DNA of 64,000 nucleotides from Marsupella aquatica (Eukaryota > Plantae > Marchantiophyta), in the NCBI GenBank assembly GCA_973895155.1, contig OZ316893.1, positions 26,090,798-26,154,797 on the forward strand, in the 5' to 3' direction. The position numbers and the translations under genes are program-made. The notes under the pieces are model-generated. The model had not been told where the DNA came from. It did not search any database and saw only the letters and a list, made by a program, of their open reading frames with translations. Positions 52,065 to 62,256 of this stretch are shown piece by piece; position 1 is the stretch's first letter; each line of letters starts with the position of its first letter.

Positions 52065-53726
52065 TACGTCATTTGAGCTCCTGGTCACACTTGGCCGGAG
52101 AGGAAAATCTGAGGTGAAAGAAAGGTGAGGGAAATCTGAATAGAAGTCCGACTCCTTCTCAATGTTCAGATACGTCACTTGCGCATAAAGAGGAATGTGA
52201 TGGAAGTCAGCCTGCTTTTTCTCAGTCTGATTCTTGTATATAGGAGAGGAGAACGTGATGGAATTCAGTCCCCTTTTGTTCAATTTAAGATTTGTATATG
52301 AGCTCAGAAGAAAGTTTACCAGGGTCCGTCAGCTGACCTATGTGCAAGTAGGCTTTCACAGCCCCAGTTCTTGCAAAAGCAGATCAGATCTCTATCGATC
52401 AACCGTTTCCAAAATACAACTGGCACAATAGGACCCGTCCAGTGCCACGTTCCGTTCACTTGGGTGGCAGTGCCTTTGTACCTCCAGGCCAAAGCGTACG
52501 AGACAGAATTGAAAATGAGTGATGAAATTCTTGCTCCATTATCTCAAAACAACTTTTGTACGTGAGAGCTAAATAAATATTTGGACGGTTTCTAAAGGCA
52601 TCATTCAATGTCCAAGTAGACGTTCCAGCTCCAGTCATTGCAATTTCCGAATCAGTTCCTTGGTCCAATACATGGAGATATGAGAAGCTTGTGTGCTATA
52701 TTGCGGTTAATAATAATGTAAGTGCGTGATCGCCAAGCACTGATTACTATGGAGAGAACAGGGATCGGTTTTCAGACTGCCAAGAGTAAAGAAAGATTCA
52801 ATTTTGGAATTGATGTGTGAACGTTGTGAGTTGGCTTTTTTGCAGCGTGAATATTGTACTTTTGGTGAGCATACGCATACAACTCACAGCTTGGTCCAAA
52901 TGAGGATATATACACTAGTGGACGTGGCGCAGCAGTACAGCAGTTCGTATTATTTGCAAGGGAACTGCTTACATGGAATCGGACTTCTCCGTGCATGACT
53001 AAGCTGAGCTCAATCATATCACCCGATTCTACAAACATTTTATGTGAAGGTCACGCACTCGTGCTTGGGCGAGGACCACATTGTGCACGACGTGGCACGT
53101 CTACTAAACGGAAATATGAAGACGACTCTCATGATGGACTGGAAGAAATTGCGTTCTGGAAAGTTTTGGATGTGGACGAGGCTTTGTGTTCAGAGTCGTG
53201 ATGGAACTATTGAGGGGAAACCGAAAATCTGAACCTGGCAAAATATCTGCTATCAATAGCTTCACGTGATGAATTTCCGATCAAGGAGATTGAGGAGGGA
53301 GGTCTAGGAAGGAGGCGGTAGCAAATACTGATGATAATATAAAAATTGAAGAATGGGCGAGTCCATTGGAGAGAGTTGCTTGGACACCGACTAAGTCTCT
53401 GTTCGGGTTTCAGGTTTAATTTTATCTTGATGGGTTGATTGATGGGGTCCACGTTCAACCACAGAGGACAGAACTTGTCGGTACCTGTGACCAGTGAGCA
53501 AGGAAAAAAACAGTGTACATTATAGAGAGAGATTAGTCCATAGCAGAATTGAGCTGGTACATATTGCAAACAGTTGTGGACTCATACAATGAATTCGCCT
53601 ACGGGCATAGCTTGTGACCTCCGCAGAGATCCACGAGAATTGACAAATGTTTATTGTTCTGTGCCCTACGGCTTTGTGCTCCATCCGCGACACCCATGGT
53701 AGAAAGGATAGCGGTAATAGAGGGAT

Positions 53727-54961
53727 TCAAACCTCTAGAAAAGGATCCAATCCAGGCTGGTATGCGACCCGAGTCCAGCACAAGTTGTTTGTAAACTGAA
53801 CCCTAGACGATAGGAAGGATAAGAGGGAGTGCGTTACAGGAGTAATTGGGTGCCACTTTTGAGTCTGCACATTGTAACCTCTTAATACTGAACAGTCAGC
53901 AAATCCGCAACCCATGTACAACCAGTCACCATGACCAACTGCTTCACGTATACGGCCTTCTCTGGAACAAAGCCTCTCCAACGGGACCCCAGACACCTCG
54001 AAAGCCAACCCACGTTCAACATCTAATCTAAACACAAAAACGTTACCATTCGACCTCGAACGCATACATCTCCACGAGCACATTTGGACGACCAGCATGA
54101 CACTAGACCCATAGTTGACAACTTCGGAACACCCAATAGTATTGAACTTCAACCGCGAATGAAGTCCCTGGTTCTCGATAACCTGGCAAAGGTAAGGAAT
54201 TTCCTTCCAAGTCCTCTGCTTCACATCGAAAGAAATCAGTTTACATCCAGTGGACAATTCAACTGTGACCAACATATGGAGAACACCGTTAACGACAGCA
54301 CTGCCACCCAACATCGTACGTCCATCCGTCCATCCATCGTTGCAGGAATGCAGAGTCCAAGAACCGTCTGTAGAATCAAAAATCTGTAATTCCAGGGCAT
54401 TCCTCCAGGGCCCAAATTGCCTAAAATCACCTTGTAAGCCTTGCTCCCTTCCGAAATGACAAAATGGACAAGTTTGGGCCAGTGCATGTGTGGGCGGGAA
54501 GGCAACTGTTTCCAGCTCTTCATAATTGGATTTGTGACATGAACGTGAAACTCATCATTATTGGCATGGCTAAGCCTATAACGAATCCAACACAACAGAG
54601 GTCCATCTTCAGCTCTAAGTGGCCAGTCGCAATACGTACTTTCCTTCAAATACAAAAGCGTTGGAAGTCTGTACCAACGTTCGGACCTGAATTCATACCC
54701 CACTACTCCAAATTCATCGTCAACAAACATTGGAGCGTAAGTCTCCCTCGGACAAGCTGAGCTCTGCACTTCTCTCCGAAATGCGTCGGAGCGAAACCTC
54801 AGCTTCCATGTTTTAGAGAGTGACGGAGCCTGGAAGAGATATCTGACTGGCAACCTGGCGATTATCTTCTCCTGCAGGTGATCGTCCAGCGCACTCCAAA
54901 TATTCTCATCCAGCTGTGTGTCCTTCACGGGTCTTTCTGTCTGGACTCGCCTCCCAGTCAT
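53727..54961 (-). pseudogene. F-box gene copy A (F-box plus kelch/beta-propeller-like C-terminus) with a 1-nt frameshift at ~54392-54400
   Basis: Aligns end to end with 56190-57434. The paralog has GGAGGA-GTTCTTATC-GAATTACAG (9-nt insert) where this copy has GGAGGA-ATGCCCTG-GAATTACAG (8 nt). The downstream frame continues to ...YQPGLDPFLEV*. Confidence 0.85.
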
Positions 54962-56189
54962 GCTTCGAATCGTTCCCACCGAACTCAAACTGATGATTGA
55001 ATTAGATTCTGGGATGAGTGGAGAGTCTGTGACGGCAGAATTGGAACTCTCTTGCTCTTTCTCACTAGTAATCCGCCATGAGAAGACGATAATTTGAGAG
55101 AGACTTCGGATGACTGGGTGAGTGAAAGTGTGTTTAGGGTTTAAGTTCACCCAGTCATCCAATTATGACAAAGCTCCTCGAGGATTTCTGTTTTGGGGAA
55201 AACCAATTGAAGACTGAGAGTGGGTTTAGGGTCACGCACCCACTCATCCGATTCTTGCAAGGGTCCTCGAGGTTTTCTGTTCTGGGGAAAACAAAGGGAA
55301 ATCTCAAATCCGTTCGACCTGGTAGTAAAGACTTCAGTGAGTTTGGATTTGTTTTTTAAGGGCATTTATTTTCTACAAGACAAGAAAGATCTTCCTCTGA
55401 GGAGCACTCAAAGTTATATACTATGGAAAACAAAATTGTGCAAGTAGCTAATCTTTCCATGGACTAAAAATCCTGGCATTCGAAGTTGGTTCTTCACACT
55501 GTGTTGCAGTTGCCCTTCACATGACGGATTTCTCTTTTTCTTTTTCTTTTAGAAATCACTCAATTTTATTCATAAACCAACGTTCAAGCTTAGGAAAGTT
55601 TTGGATGTGGAGGAAGCTTTGTAGCCGGAGTCTTCGGGGGATGTGACGGAGCTATTCAGGGGAAACCGAAAATCTGCTACTGGGAATAAAATAGCTCCAG
55701 TCTATAGCTGTAAGTGTTGAATTTCAGACCAAGGAGATCTGGGAAGCAGGCGACAGCAAATGATGATGACAATATACAACTTGAAGAATGAGCGAGTCAA
55801 TGGGAGAGAGTTGCTTGGACCCCCAACTAAGTTTCTGATCGGGTTCCAGGTTTAATTTGTCTTGAAGGGTTCGAGAGAGTTAGCTTGATGGGGTCCTCGT
55901 TCCACTCCAGAGGACAGAACTTGTCCGAACCTGTGAGCAGTAAGAAAAGAAATAAACTGCACATTATATAGAGAGATTGGTCCATAGCAGAATTGAGCTG
56001 GTACATATCTCCGAACACTTGTGAACTCATGAAATTAATTCGCCTACGGGCATAGCTTGTGACCTCCGTAGAGGGTCTGTTCCACGAGAATTGACAAATA
56101 GGTTCCACTAGCAATATTGCTTGTTCTGTGTCCTATGGGTGCTGTGCTCCAATCCCTGACGGCAGGGGGGGTCGTGGGAACAGAGGGAT

Positions 56190-57434
56190 TCAAACCTCGA
56201 GAAAAGGATTCAATCCAGGCTGGTATGCGAACGAAGTCCAGGACCAGCCGAATGTAAACAAAATTGTGTTCGCAAACGGTAGGAAGGATAGGAGTGTATC
56301 TTTCACAGGAGTAACTGAGTGCCACTCTTGAGTCTGCACATTGTAAACTATTACTAATGAACAGTCATCAAATATGCGACCCACATACAACCACTCACCA
56401 TGACCAACTACTTCACGGACATCGTCTTCTTTGAGACAAAGCCTCTCGAACGGGACACCAGACACCTCAAAAGCCAACCCACGTTCAACATCTAATCTAA
56501 ACACAAAAACGTTTCCATTGTGCCTCTCACAAATCCTTCTCCGCGGAGACGTGTTGACTACAAGCAAGACACTCAACCCACAGTTGACAACTTCGAAATG
56601 CCGCATATTGTCGAACTGCAACGGCTGATGAGGTCCCCGATCCTCTTCGATAACCTGGCAAAGGTAAGGAATTTCCTTCCAAGTCCTCTGCTTCACATCG
56701 AAAGAAACCAGTTTACATCCAGTGGACAATTCAACTGTGACCAACATATAGAGAACACCGTTAACGAAAGCACTGCCACCCAACACCGTATCCCCATCCG
56801 TCCATCCATCGTTGCAGGAATCCAGAGTCCAAGAACCATTTGAAGAGTCAAAAATCTGTAATTCGATAAGAACTCCTCCAGCGCCCAAATCGCCTAAAAT
56901 CACTTTGTAAGCCTTGCCCCCTTCCGACATGACAAGATGCACAAGTCTGGGCCAGTGCATATGTGGGCGGGAAGGCAACTGTTTCCAGCTCTTCATAATT
57001 GGATTTGTGACATGAACGTGAAACTCATCATTATTGGCATGGCTAAGCCTATTACGAATCCAACACAACAGAGGTCCATCTCCAGCTCTAAGTCGCCAGT
57101 CCTGCTGCAGATCTCTATCCAAATACGAAAGCGTCGGAAATCTCTCCCAACGTTTCGAACTGCTTTCATACCCCACTACTCCGCGCCCATGGCTAACAAA
57201 CAATGGAGCATAAGACTCCCTCGGACAAGCAGCACTCTGCACTTCTCTCCGAAATGACTCGGAGCGAAACCTCAGCCTCCATGATTTGGAGAGTGACGGC
57301 GCCTGGAAGAGATTTCTGACCGGCAATCTGGCGATTATCTTCTCCTGCAAATGATCGTCCAGCGCACTCCAAATATTCTCATCCAACTGTGTCTTCTTCA
57401 CAGGTCTTTCGTTCTGGACTCGCCTCCCAGTCAT
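56190..57434 (-). CDS. F-box protein copy B (414 aa), intronless
   Basis: F-box LDENIWSALDDHLQEKIIARLPVRNLFQAPSLSKSWR; propeller-type motifs VTNPIMKSWKQLP, YKVIL, QIFDSSNGSW, AFVNGVLY, SFDVKQRTWKEI; ends FAYQPGLNPFLEV. ATG at 57434. Confidence 0.9.
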   Translation of the reverse strand: MTGRRVQNERPVKKTQLDENIWSALDDHLQEKIIARLPVRNLFQAPSLSKSWRLRFRSESFRREVQSAACPRESYAPLFVSHGRGVVGYESSSKRWERFPTLSYLDRDLQQDWRLRAGDGPLLCWIRNRLSHANNDEFHVHVTNPIMKSWKQLPSRPHMHWPRLVHLVMSEGGKAYKVILGDLGAGGVLIELQIFDSSNGSWTLDSCNDGWTDGDTVLGGSAFVNGVLYMLVTVELSTGCKLVSFDVKQRTWKEIPYLCQVIEEDRGPHQPLQFDNMRHFEVVNCGLSVLLVVNTSPRRRICERHNGNVFVFRLDVERGLAFEVSGVPFERLCLKEDDVREVVGHGEWLYVGRIFDDCSLVIVYNVQTQEWHSVTPVKDTLLSFLPFANTILFTFGWSWTSFAYQPGLNPFLEV

Positions 57435-57444
57435 GCTTCGAATT

Positions 57445-58004
57445 GTTCCCACCGAACCCAGAGTGACGATTGAATTAGACTGTGGGATGAGAGGAGACTA
57501 AGTGACGTCAGAATCGGAGCTCTCTTGCACTTTCTTGCTAGGAATCCGCCATGAGAGTTCCCACCGAACCCAGACTCATGATTCACTTAGACTGTGGGAT
57601 GAGAGGAGACTAAGTGACGTCAGAATTGGAGCTCTCTTGCTCTTTCTTGCTAGGAATCCGCCATGAGAGTTCCCACCTAACCCAGACTGAGGATTAACTT
57701 AGACTGTGGGATGAGTGGAGACTAGGTGACGTCAGAATCGAAGCTCGCTTGCTCTTTCTTGCTAGGAATCCGCCATGAGAGTTCCCACCGAACCCAGACT
57801 GATGATTGAATTGGACTCTGGGATGTGTGGAGAGTCTGTTCTTTGAGAATCGGAACTGTCTGGCCCTTGCTGGCTAGGAATCCGCCATGAGAGATCCCTC
57901 CGAACCCAGACTGATGATTGAATTAGACTCTGGGATGAGTGGAGAGTAAATTGTTTGAGAATCGGAACTCTCTGGCTCTTGCTGGTTAGGAATCCGCCAT
58001 GAGA
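57445..58004 (-). repeat. Exact-period 112-bp tandem array x5 in the F-box B leader; each unit has an M-A-D-S-stop uORF
   Basis: Unit starts at 57445, 57557, 57669, 57781 and 57893; the single homologous unit in copy A is at 54972-55083. Confidence 0.92.
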
Positions 58005-58074
58005 GGACGACAATTTGAGAAAGAAATAGGATGTCTGGGTGAGTGACAGTGCGTTTAGTGTTTAGGGTCACCCA

Positions 58075-59452
58075 GTCAAGCAATTAGTACAAAGCTTCTA
58101 GAGGTTTTCCTTATACGGTAAAGTCTAAACAAGGCATTATTGGTCTTAAAGGGCCCCAAAAGTGAGAGCTTCGGCTCTAGTTTTGGAGGGTACACTGTTG
58201 CCCATAATGCAGGTTTTCTGTATATAGTAAAGTGCTAAGTATACAGTCTCATTTTGTCAGGACAATCTTAAATGCATTGAATGACAGATTATTTGGTCAA
58301 ATGAGACTCTCAATGGGCCCCTGGATGGATCAGGTATGGGAAGCACCTTTTTTTTTTAGGGGCGAAAATTCTCCAAATTCCACCTCCCCAAAAAGATTTT
58401 GCCAATTTTGGCAAAAAATTTCTAGTATATTTCTGTCTCATTAGCCAGTGTTCCACCTAAGCACAGGTCCCATTAGCCAGAATCTAATGGTCATCCTTAT
58501 ATCTAGGGAGATTTGACGGTCAGGAAAATAATCAGATAAGGAATATTTGGAGCATCTTCTCCTTCACACACTGGACTTTTGTCACTCTATCTAAAAAGTG
58601 AAAACCTAAAAAAATACACTGATGGGAAGACCCCAAGTGTCCTCTTTTTTTTTGTCCACTCCCTTATATAAATTGCCCCTAAACTTCCTGGTGACAGGGT
58701 GCATACGCCCTTGAACAGTGAGAGCTTGGGTCTTGAAAAGGAATATTATTATTGCCCATAATGCAGGTTTTGTGTGTATAGAAAAGTGCTAAGTATATAG
58801 TCTCATACTCTCATTTCTGTTAGGACAATGATAAATGCATTGCCTGAAAAATTGTTTGGTCAATAGGCACTCTCAATGGGTCTCTTGGTCAAGACAGCTT
58901 GTTTGGTCCAGAGACACACTCAATGGGTCACTGCCGGGTCTCAATGGGTATCTTGGTCAAGAGATGTCTCACTTGGTCAATGGGCCTCTGGATCAGGTAT
59001 GGGAAAACACTTATGTCCTCTCCTCTCGTTTTTGTCAGTTCATGCAAAGTGCCCATAACTTCCTGGTGAGAGGGTGCATACTGCATTACTGTCACAAAAA
59101 GTGAGGGCTGAGGGGATATGATTGCCCATAACGGTTTTAAAGTGTCCCTAACCCACACTTGTCCTCGCCATTTGTCAGTCCATTGATCTCCTTTTGCCTG
59201 CCACACAATGTTCACACTTGATGCTTTTTCAATTGCTTTTGACTAGGATCAAATCCACTGCTGTTTTGATGGTACCTGGATCGTGCAGCTGGGAGTACTC
59301 GTCATCCAATTATTACAAAGCTTCTGGAGGTTTTCATTGTATAGTAAAATATGAACAGTGCAATATGGGTAATAAGGCCCCTAGTGAGGGCTTTGTCTCT
59401 AGTTTTGAGGTGACACGATAATGCAGGTTTTCAGCATATAGTAAATGCTAAG
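58075..59452. repeat. Patchwork of repeated promoter-side segments (58075-58320 related to 58750-59010 and 59290-59452; CTCAATGGGT subrepeats)
   Basis: CATAATGCAGGTTTT.TGT.TATAG.AAAGTGCTAAG-type motif x3; CAATTA.TACAAAGCTTCT.GAGGTTTTC x2. Confidence 0.7.
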
Positions 59453-61526
59453 ATTGAGTACTGTGGAAATTGTCACATTGAAACAAGTTTTTACAAAAGA
59501 AGATATATTACTTAAGGCTTCACTGAAATAGTAGTATAGTTAGATTCTTATAAAAAACCAGGTTAACTTGACTAAGTAATAGTTTTTGTTAGACAACTTG
59601 AAACTAAGTTGCCTCCTTTGTGGTGGTATGATTTTTCTACTTGGTTGTGGATGAAAGATGAAAAACAACCAGTTAATAATGCCCGAGGTAAGCTTGGAAT
59701 ATCTGGTGGGAACTAAAATCTCAATTTCTTGAGTTTGAATTGAAGGTTGTACCTGACTAAGAGAATATTTTAAGTTGCTTGTGAAACTTTAAATATTTGT
59801 CTGATGCACATTTAAGAATGTTCTGAACATTTGTATGTAGTGACTTACGCAGTCTGCTCCATAAAACCACCAAAAAAATTACAAAGAGAAAATAACTAAT
59901 GGCATCAAGTTTTGGGAAAAATAGTGGGAAATTTCAAATATGTGGGCTGGGTCTGAATACACCATTGTCTCTATCAAGACCAAAACTCACTGATACTAGT
60001 ATCATTTTATTTGAAATTGTGGAGAAGTTTGACATGGTAAAGGAGGCAGCGAAAAGTGGAAAAGGGACTATGAAATGTCTATTCTACTTTTACCAAAGAT
60101 ACTAAAATAAAATCTTAAACCCTAACCCAAAACCCTTTAAGTGCATAAATGCCCTGTTACTAGGGCACTGGCCAATAAGAGCCCCTCAAAACTGGAGCTT
60201 TTGCCTTGCATTTTGGGACTTTATCTAACATTTCAATCGTCATTGAAAAATACACGTCAATGTCTACCTTCTAGACTGTCCACTCTAGACCGTGCCTCTA
60301 GGGAAGTAGGTGAAATTAAGGCGCAAGTGGTAAACAAGGATAGGGGGTTGGGTGAGTGCGAGTCCTCTGAACATGGCCAAATGAGCTTGGATGTACTCAT
60401 CTCTATTTACTGTACTTTATTTGGCACTCATGAATGTAGTCAGTGTCTATTTACATTCTTTGGCACTCTGGCTAGTGGCACACCATGCCCTGTCCCCTTC
60501 CCAGGGCGTTCCTATATTAAAAAAATCAAGCAAATCAATTTAAGCATACATTATTTGCTGTACTAAATTGACTACTTTGTCACTAAAGGTGTTTCAATTG
60601 ACAATACTGTCACATTTCTTAGTATTTGCAAATAAAGCACAATTTTTGTATATGAACGACAAGTTCACCAAGGTAAGCAGGGTAACCAAATACAAAAACC
60701 TTGGCATATTTGTGAATACTATAAAAACAATCATAATATAAAACACGAACAGAAGCTAGAGTTGGGGTATTCACTCTAAACTGTGAGTCTAGAGAAAGAG
60801 AAAACTGAAAGTTAATACCCAAAACAGGGATGGGGCAAAGATGAAGGGGAAGAACAAAAAAAAATTTGCGAGATTTTTTTTTAATTTGATCTCTATTAAT
60901 ATTCAAAGAATGTGCATTCAGACTGGTGTAATTAAAAGCTGAATGAGCAATATGGAACCCACAAAAATATGCAGACTTGTGTAATCAAAAGTTGAATGAG
61001 CAATATAGAACCCTCCAAAATAACTTCCCAGCGCTCAAATAGGGTGTCTCAAAGATGGGTAGTTAGTGAAAGTTACGGATTTGTGGTGTATTCCATAACT
61101 CCTATTATGGGACTCAGTTATGGAATTTTAAAAATGGGGGGAGGTAGCATTGACCCGCCCCATAAGGTAGGACTTACGGCTGCACCTGGTTCATAGCCTA
61201 TATTCTTTTTTTTCTCCATTCTTGATCAGCCGCCACCCTCAAATGCAGCAGCCATCACCACGTCAGGCACAAAGCCTTTGGTTGTGATTTTCCAGAGTTT
61301 CGGAGTCCTGGATTTTTGGATTTGTGCCTAAAATTACGAGAAAGTCATGGGATAAGTGTTGAGCCCGCGGGCTTTCCTTAGGGCTCCCATGACTTTTAAT
61401 GGAGTTATAGGAGGACCTTATCCTATTAATGCCAGACTTCTCAAAGTTTGGAAACTAGAGAGTCTCAAAGCTTTGGAAACCACAAATTATTGCAATTGGT
61501 CATAAAGAATAAGTCATAACTTTTTC

Positions 61527-61902
61527 TAACTTAAAGCCGGGATAGACATAAACTTTTGAGAAAAAGCCCCGATGGACAAACACAACCTGGATGGACACAG
61601 AACAAACCTAAGATTATGCTTGTATAACACGTTTTTCACTTGTGCTCCAATGGTGACCTGTAAAGAGCTGTCTGACCGGGAGCAGGAGGTTTTTGGTTGT
61701 TTCTTCCCGTAGTCTGTCCAGGCAGGAGCAACGGAGGAGGTTAAACGTACTTAACGTAATGTCTAAATCTCGGTTAGCTTCCGTTCATAAGACACCTGTA
61801 ATCCATTTTGAGTGTCATTAGGGATTGGTGTTACAGTGTCAACGGGCTATGTCCATCCAGGTTGTCCCTACAAAAGTTTGTGTCTATCTCGGCTTTAAGT
61901 TC
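61527..61902. mobile_element. Non-autonomous Mutator-like (MULE) MITE, 376 bp, with a 10-bp target-site duplication
   Basis: TIRs AACTTAAAGCCGGGATAGACATAAACTTTTG...ACAACCTGGATGGACA / TGTCCATCCAGGTTGT...CAAAAGTTTGTGTCTATCTCGGCTTTAAGTT. Perfect TSD TAACTTTTTC at 61517-61526 and 61903-61912; 9-11-bp TSDs are typical of Mutator. Confidence 0.8.
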
Positions 61903-62168
61903 TAACTTTTTCACAAGACCGTGCAAATTTTGGTTTTGTTTTTTCTTTCACCAATAGCACACTAGTGACTAATAGTTATGACATAAGACCAAATTTTTAT
62001 GGCAAAAATTTATGGACTATAAATTGTGTAATCCATAATTTGTTGTGTCCATCACTGCTATAGGGAGTTAAGGTACACGAAAATGTCATTCTGAAACGCC
62101 CTAATAAGGATACTGATCGACTGGCATTTAGACTCGCAACGGACGCACGAATTCGAGGTTCCTCGTAG

Positions 62169-62243
62169 AAACCCTAACCCCAATCCCGTTCTGTTCTGCT
62201 CTGTTCTGCTCAGCTCAGCTCAGCTCGGCTCGGCTCGGCTCGG
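62169..62243 (+). promoter_or_regulatory. RPS24 proximal region: telo-box AAACCCTA and a pentamer microsatellite leader (CTGTT/CTCAG/CTCGG)n
   Basis: AAACCCTA at 62169-62176, a second TAGGGTTT at 62752-62759 in intron 2, and pyrimidine-rich pentamer repeats just before the ATG. Confidence 0.6.
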
Positions 62244-62256
62244 GAATTGAGACGCC

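Larger units (their letters stand above)
53158..58105. repeat. Tandem segmental duplication containing the F-box gene (~53158-55185 vs ~55593-58105)
   Basis: Homology extends beyond the CDS on both sides (GGAAAGTTTTGGATGTGGA at both left ends; CACCCAGTCA..CAATTA..ACAAAGCT at both right ends). Confidence 0.9.

Noticed and set aside
54962-55162. N-terminal extension of F-box A suggested by the ORF track (55162 start)
   Set aside because: It begins at a non-ATG codon and the homologous frame in copy B contains stops; the conserved start is MTGRRVQ.
57445-58004. CRISPR-like array or a link to MADS-box genes
   Set aside because: Units are homologous over their whole length (no unique spacers), there are no cas genes and the context is eukaryotic. 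The peptide spelling MADS is a coincidence.
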